This document shows, one piece after another, positions 61,276 through 64,000 of a DNA stretch of 64,000 nt (positions within the stretch are counted from its first letter, which is position 1; every line of letters begins with the position of its first letter). Made by a program: the position numbers and the translations under genes. Source of the DNA: Scyliorhinus canicula (Eukaryota). The notes under the pieces were generated by a model, which was not told the origin of the DNA, did no database searches, and saw only the letters and a program-made list of their open reading frames with translations. Where the stretch lies: NCBI RefSeq assembly GCF_902713615.1, contig NC_052152.1, positions 65,630,818-65,694,817 of the forward strand. The letters are read 5' to 3'.

Positions 61276-62571
61276 TATTGGATTTACCAATTATTTGGGG
61301 GTCCTTTAAGAAATCAACTAAACATATATTAGAGAATAAAATGATTCTTGAAAAATCATGGGTAGGACTCTCCGTAGCCCGATGCCGAAATTGTGTTCAC
61401 AATCAGTTGGAGAATGGGCTTCAAAGCCAAAATTGGGGCTGGCGCCGGTTTGACGCCGGTCCGCCATGCTCTGCCCCCCTCCAAAATGGCATCATCGTGA
61501 CGTGCAGCACATGCTAATCCAGCGCCGTTGGCACATCATTGATTGACCCACCCATGATGCTCTGCCCCCCCCCCCCCAATGGGCCAGGATCCCATTGGTG
61601 CAGGGCATGTGTGGTCTGAGCCGGCGTGCCAGCTGTGCACTGTGTCCAGCACCGCCACACTTGGCTGGGATCTACGTTGGGATCTATGGGGGGATGGGGG
61701 GGCTGTGCAGTTGTGGTTTGCGGGATAGGTTACGTGCACGGCCGGTGCCATGTTATATGGCGCGACCGGTGCATGTCATCAGTCGTGTGCATTCGCAGGC
61801 CAGGGACCCGGCCATTCTCTGGCCGTTTTTGGCGGGGTTTCCGTTGGCGCTGGTGCTAGCCCCTCACCGATACTGGTATCCGTGAGGGGTTGGCGCCAAA
61901 TTTTCTGTCGTGAAAGTCGACACATTCTATGTTGTCAGCACTTAGTCTCCAGAACGGAGAATCCAACCCACTGAGTCTGCAAATGTATAATCAACTTATA
62001 AAAAATGAGCGAAGTATTGAACCTTGACCATGATTGTGTACAGATACTAACAATGTTTCAAGAGATGTACTATATAAGCCTACCTAAAGAAGCAAATGAT
62101 GGCGCATTCAGCAGAACGGCAACAATCTAGTAACATAGTAAGGCTGGAGGCTAGTCATGACGCAAATATTTGGACCATGAGAGAGCAAATGAGAAATTAT
62201 ACTGTGGCAGTGAAATATTGATTAATCTTGAGTAAGTAATTAGTGTCTAATTAGCTAATCCCCTGTTAAGTGATTGACACCTTTCTGAATGAATCAGGGA
62301 TGTCTCAGCTGAGTGTAAAAATCAATGAAAATGAATAAGGTACATAGCATACATACATAGATAAGGATGTCCTTAAGAATAAGATTGTTTGTTAATGTTT
62401 CAATAATTTTTCACTGTATTCTGGCAAGTATATGTATTAATTTGACCAAAGTTTTGATTCAGTTCTAAAAAAAGTGTATTCTGTAAATTCTTAGTAATAA
62501 AGTGTATTTTGGACACCTCTATCAATCGGACTGAGTACCTTATTTGTGGAAGAAAAATAAAAGATCCTACA
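61276..62571 (+). mobile_element. ERV 3' LTR containing a MITE insertion
   Basis: TATTGGATT...GATCCTACA; colinear with the 5' LTR apart from 61360-61969 and some indels. Confidence 0.9.
61360..61969. mobile_element. Harbinger-derived MITE in the 3' LTR
   Basis: TIR-like GGGTAGGACTCTCCG / CGGAGAATCCAACCC; absent from the 5' LTR. Confidence 0.8.
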
Positions 62572-62919
62572 GGGTTGGAGATTCCAGATGCCTAGCATAA
62601 TTCTGACCGATTACTTTCAAGTTCTCTTCCAAGTTGAATGCCATCCTGACATGGACATCCATCGCTATTCATTTGTTGTTGGGTCAAGATCAGCAACTGA
62701 CTAGTTATCATTGCAGATGCACCATCACCACAAGGACTATAATAGCTCAAGAAGAAGGTTCACAATCACCTTCTTAGGATTACTATAAATGGGCCATAAA
62801 TGATAGTCTTGTCGACATCACCCTCACTTCATCAGCAAACAAGAACATAGAAACAATTATATATGCCAGTAATAAGAATATATAAGAAAATACTTTGGCC
62901 CGAACAAGTTTGTGATCAC

Positions 62920-64000
62920 TTAGTGCCAGGGGCTTGAATGGGACAGAGTTTGTAAATTGTATCCAGGAAGCCTTCTTGATGCAATATGTGGATAGTCCAA
63001 CTAAGAAAGGGACAGTACTGGATCTGGTATTGGGGAATGAGCTTGGACAGGTGTTTGAGGTTTCAATAGGGGAACATTTTGGGAGTAGTGACCACAATTC
63101 TGCAAGTTTTAGGGTAATTTTGGATAGGGATGAGGGTAACTCTCACATTAAGGTGCTGAACTGGGGAAAGACAAATTACGATAACATTAGACAGGAGTTG
63201 AAGAATTTGGATTGGGTGCGGCTGTTGGAGCGTAAATCAACATTGGACATGTGGGAGTCTTTCATGCGACAGTTAATTAGTATTCAGGAAAGTCTTGTTT
63301 CTGAGAGAATGAAGGATAAGTATGGGAAGTATAGGAAGCGTTGGCTATCAAGGGATATTGTGAACTTCATCAAAAAGTAGAAGGAGGCTTTTGTATGGTC
63401 CAGAAGGGTGGGTCAGTCGAAACCCTTGAGGGGTATAAAGAAAGGAGCAGATACTTAAGCGGGAAATTAGGAGAGCTAGGAGGGGTTATGAAAAGTCCTT
63501 GGCAAGTAGGATTAAGGTGAATCCCAAAGCTTTTTATCCACATGTAAAAAGCAGGTGGCCAGGGAAATGATTGGACCACTTAAGGACAGTGGGGGGAATC
63601 AACGTGTTAAGCCAGAGGAAATGGGCGGAGCAATAAATGAGTACTTTGCATCAGTGTTCACCAAAGAAAAGGAGTTTATGGAAGATGATTCTTGGGTAAG
63701 GTGTGTGGACAGTCTGGGTCATGTTGACATCGAAAAGGAGGTGGTGTTGGGTCTTTTAAAAGATATTAAGGTACATAAGTCTCCTGGGCAGGATGGGATT
63801 TAGCCCAAAGTACTGAGGGAAGCAAGGGAGGAAACTGCTTGGGGCTTAACTGACATCTTTGTATCCTCATTGGTTACAGGTGAGATCCCAGAGGACTGGA
63901 AAATAGCTAATGTGGTACTGCTGTTTAAGACAGGTAGCAGGGATAATCTTGGAAACTATAGGCTGGTGAGCCTCACTTCGGTCGTAGGTAAATTATTGGA
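62920..64000 (+). mobile_element. CR1 LINE ORF2 fragment (endonuclease end/linker, runs off the window)
   Basis: FVNCIQEAFLMQYVDSPT...LDLVLGNE...GEHFGSSDHNS, NEYFASVFTKE, KSPGQDGI. Confidence 0.88.

Larger units (their letters stand above)
49055..62571 (+). mobile_element. Degenerate class I (gamma/epsilon-like) endogenous retrovirus with env remnant
   Basis: Paired LTRs, 5-bp TSD GGGTT (49050-49054, 62572-62576), primer-binding site, polypurine tract, and gag-pro-RT-RNase H-integrase-env in retroviral order. Confidence 0.9.

Overview
Eukaryotic, repeat-dense vertebrate DNA, most consistent with a shark/cartilaginous fish (inferred from the tRNA-derived SINE, CR1, L1/Tx1, Harbinger and RTE families present). 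The only host protein-coding gene I can support is a small minus-strand V-set immunoglobulin-domain gene at about 1205-2981. It has a signal peptide, a CD2/CEACAM/VSTM-like V domain with a single Cys, and a probable TM exon reached through a 16-nt micro-exon whose acceptor lies inside an 11-bp hairpin. Several further minus-strand candidate exons lie upstream (3950-4046, 5047-5135, 6163-6234, and more weakly near 43 kb). The rest is nested mobile DNA: CR1, RTE, Rex1/Babar and L1 LINE pieces; many SINEs; PIF/Harbinger elements and MITEs; solo LTRs with clean target-site duplications (TSDs); a G-rich minisatellite that expanded a Harbinger intron; a 5.2-kb 47-bp tandem array carrying four co-amplified copies of a 287-bp solo LTR; and a degenerate class I endogenous retrovirus (ERV; 49055-62571, 5-bp TSD, tRNA-Arg-like primer-binding site, gag-pro-pol-env remnants) holding at least eight later insertions. 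No prokaryotic features, CRISPR arrays or true tRNA/rRNA genes are supported. Repeat family names come from motif recognition, not database searches, and many repeat boundaries are approximate.
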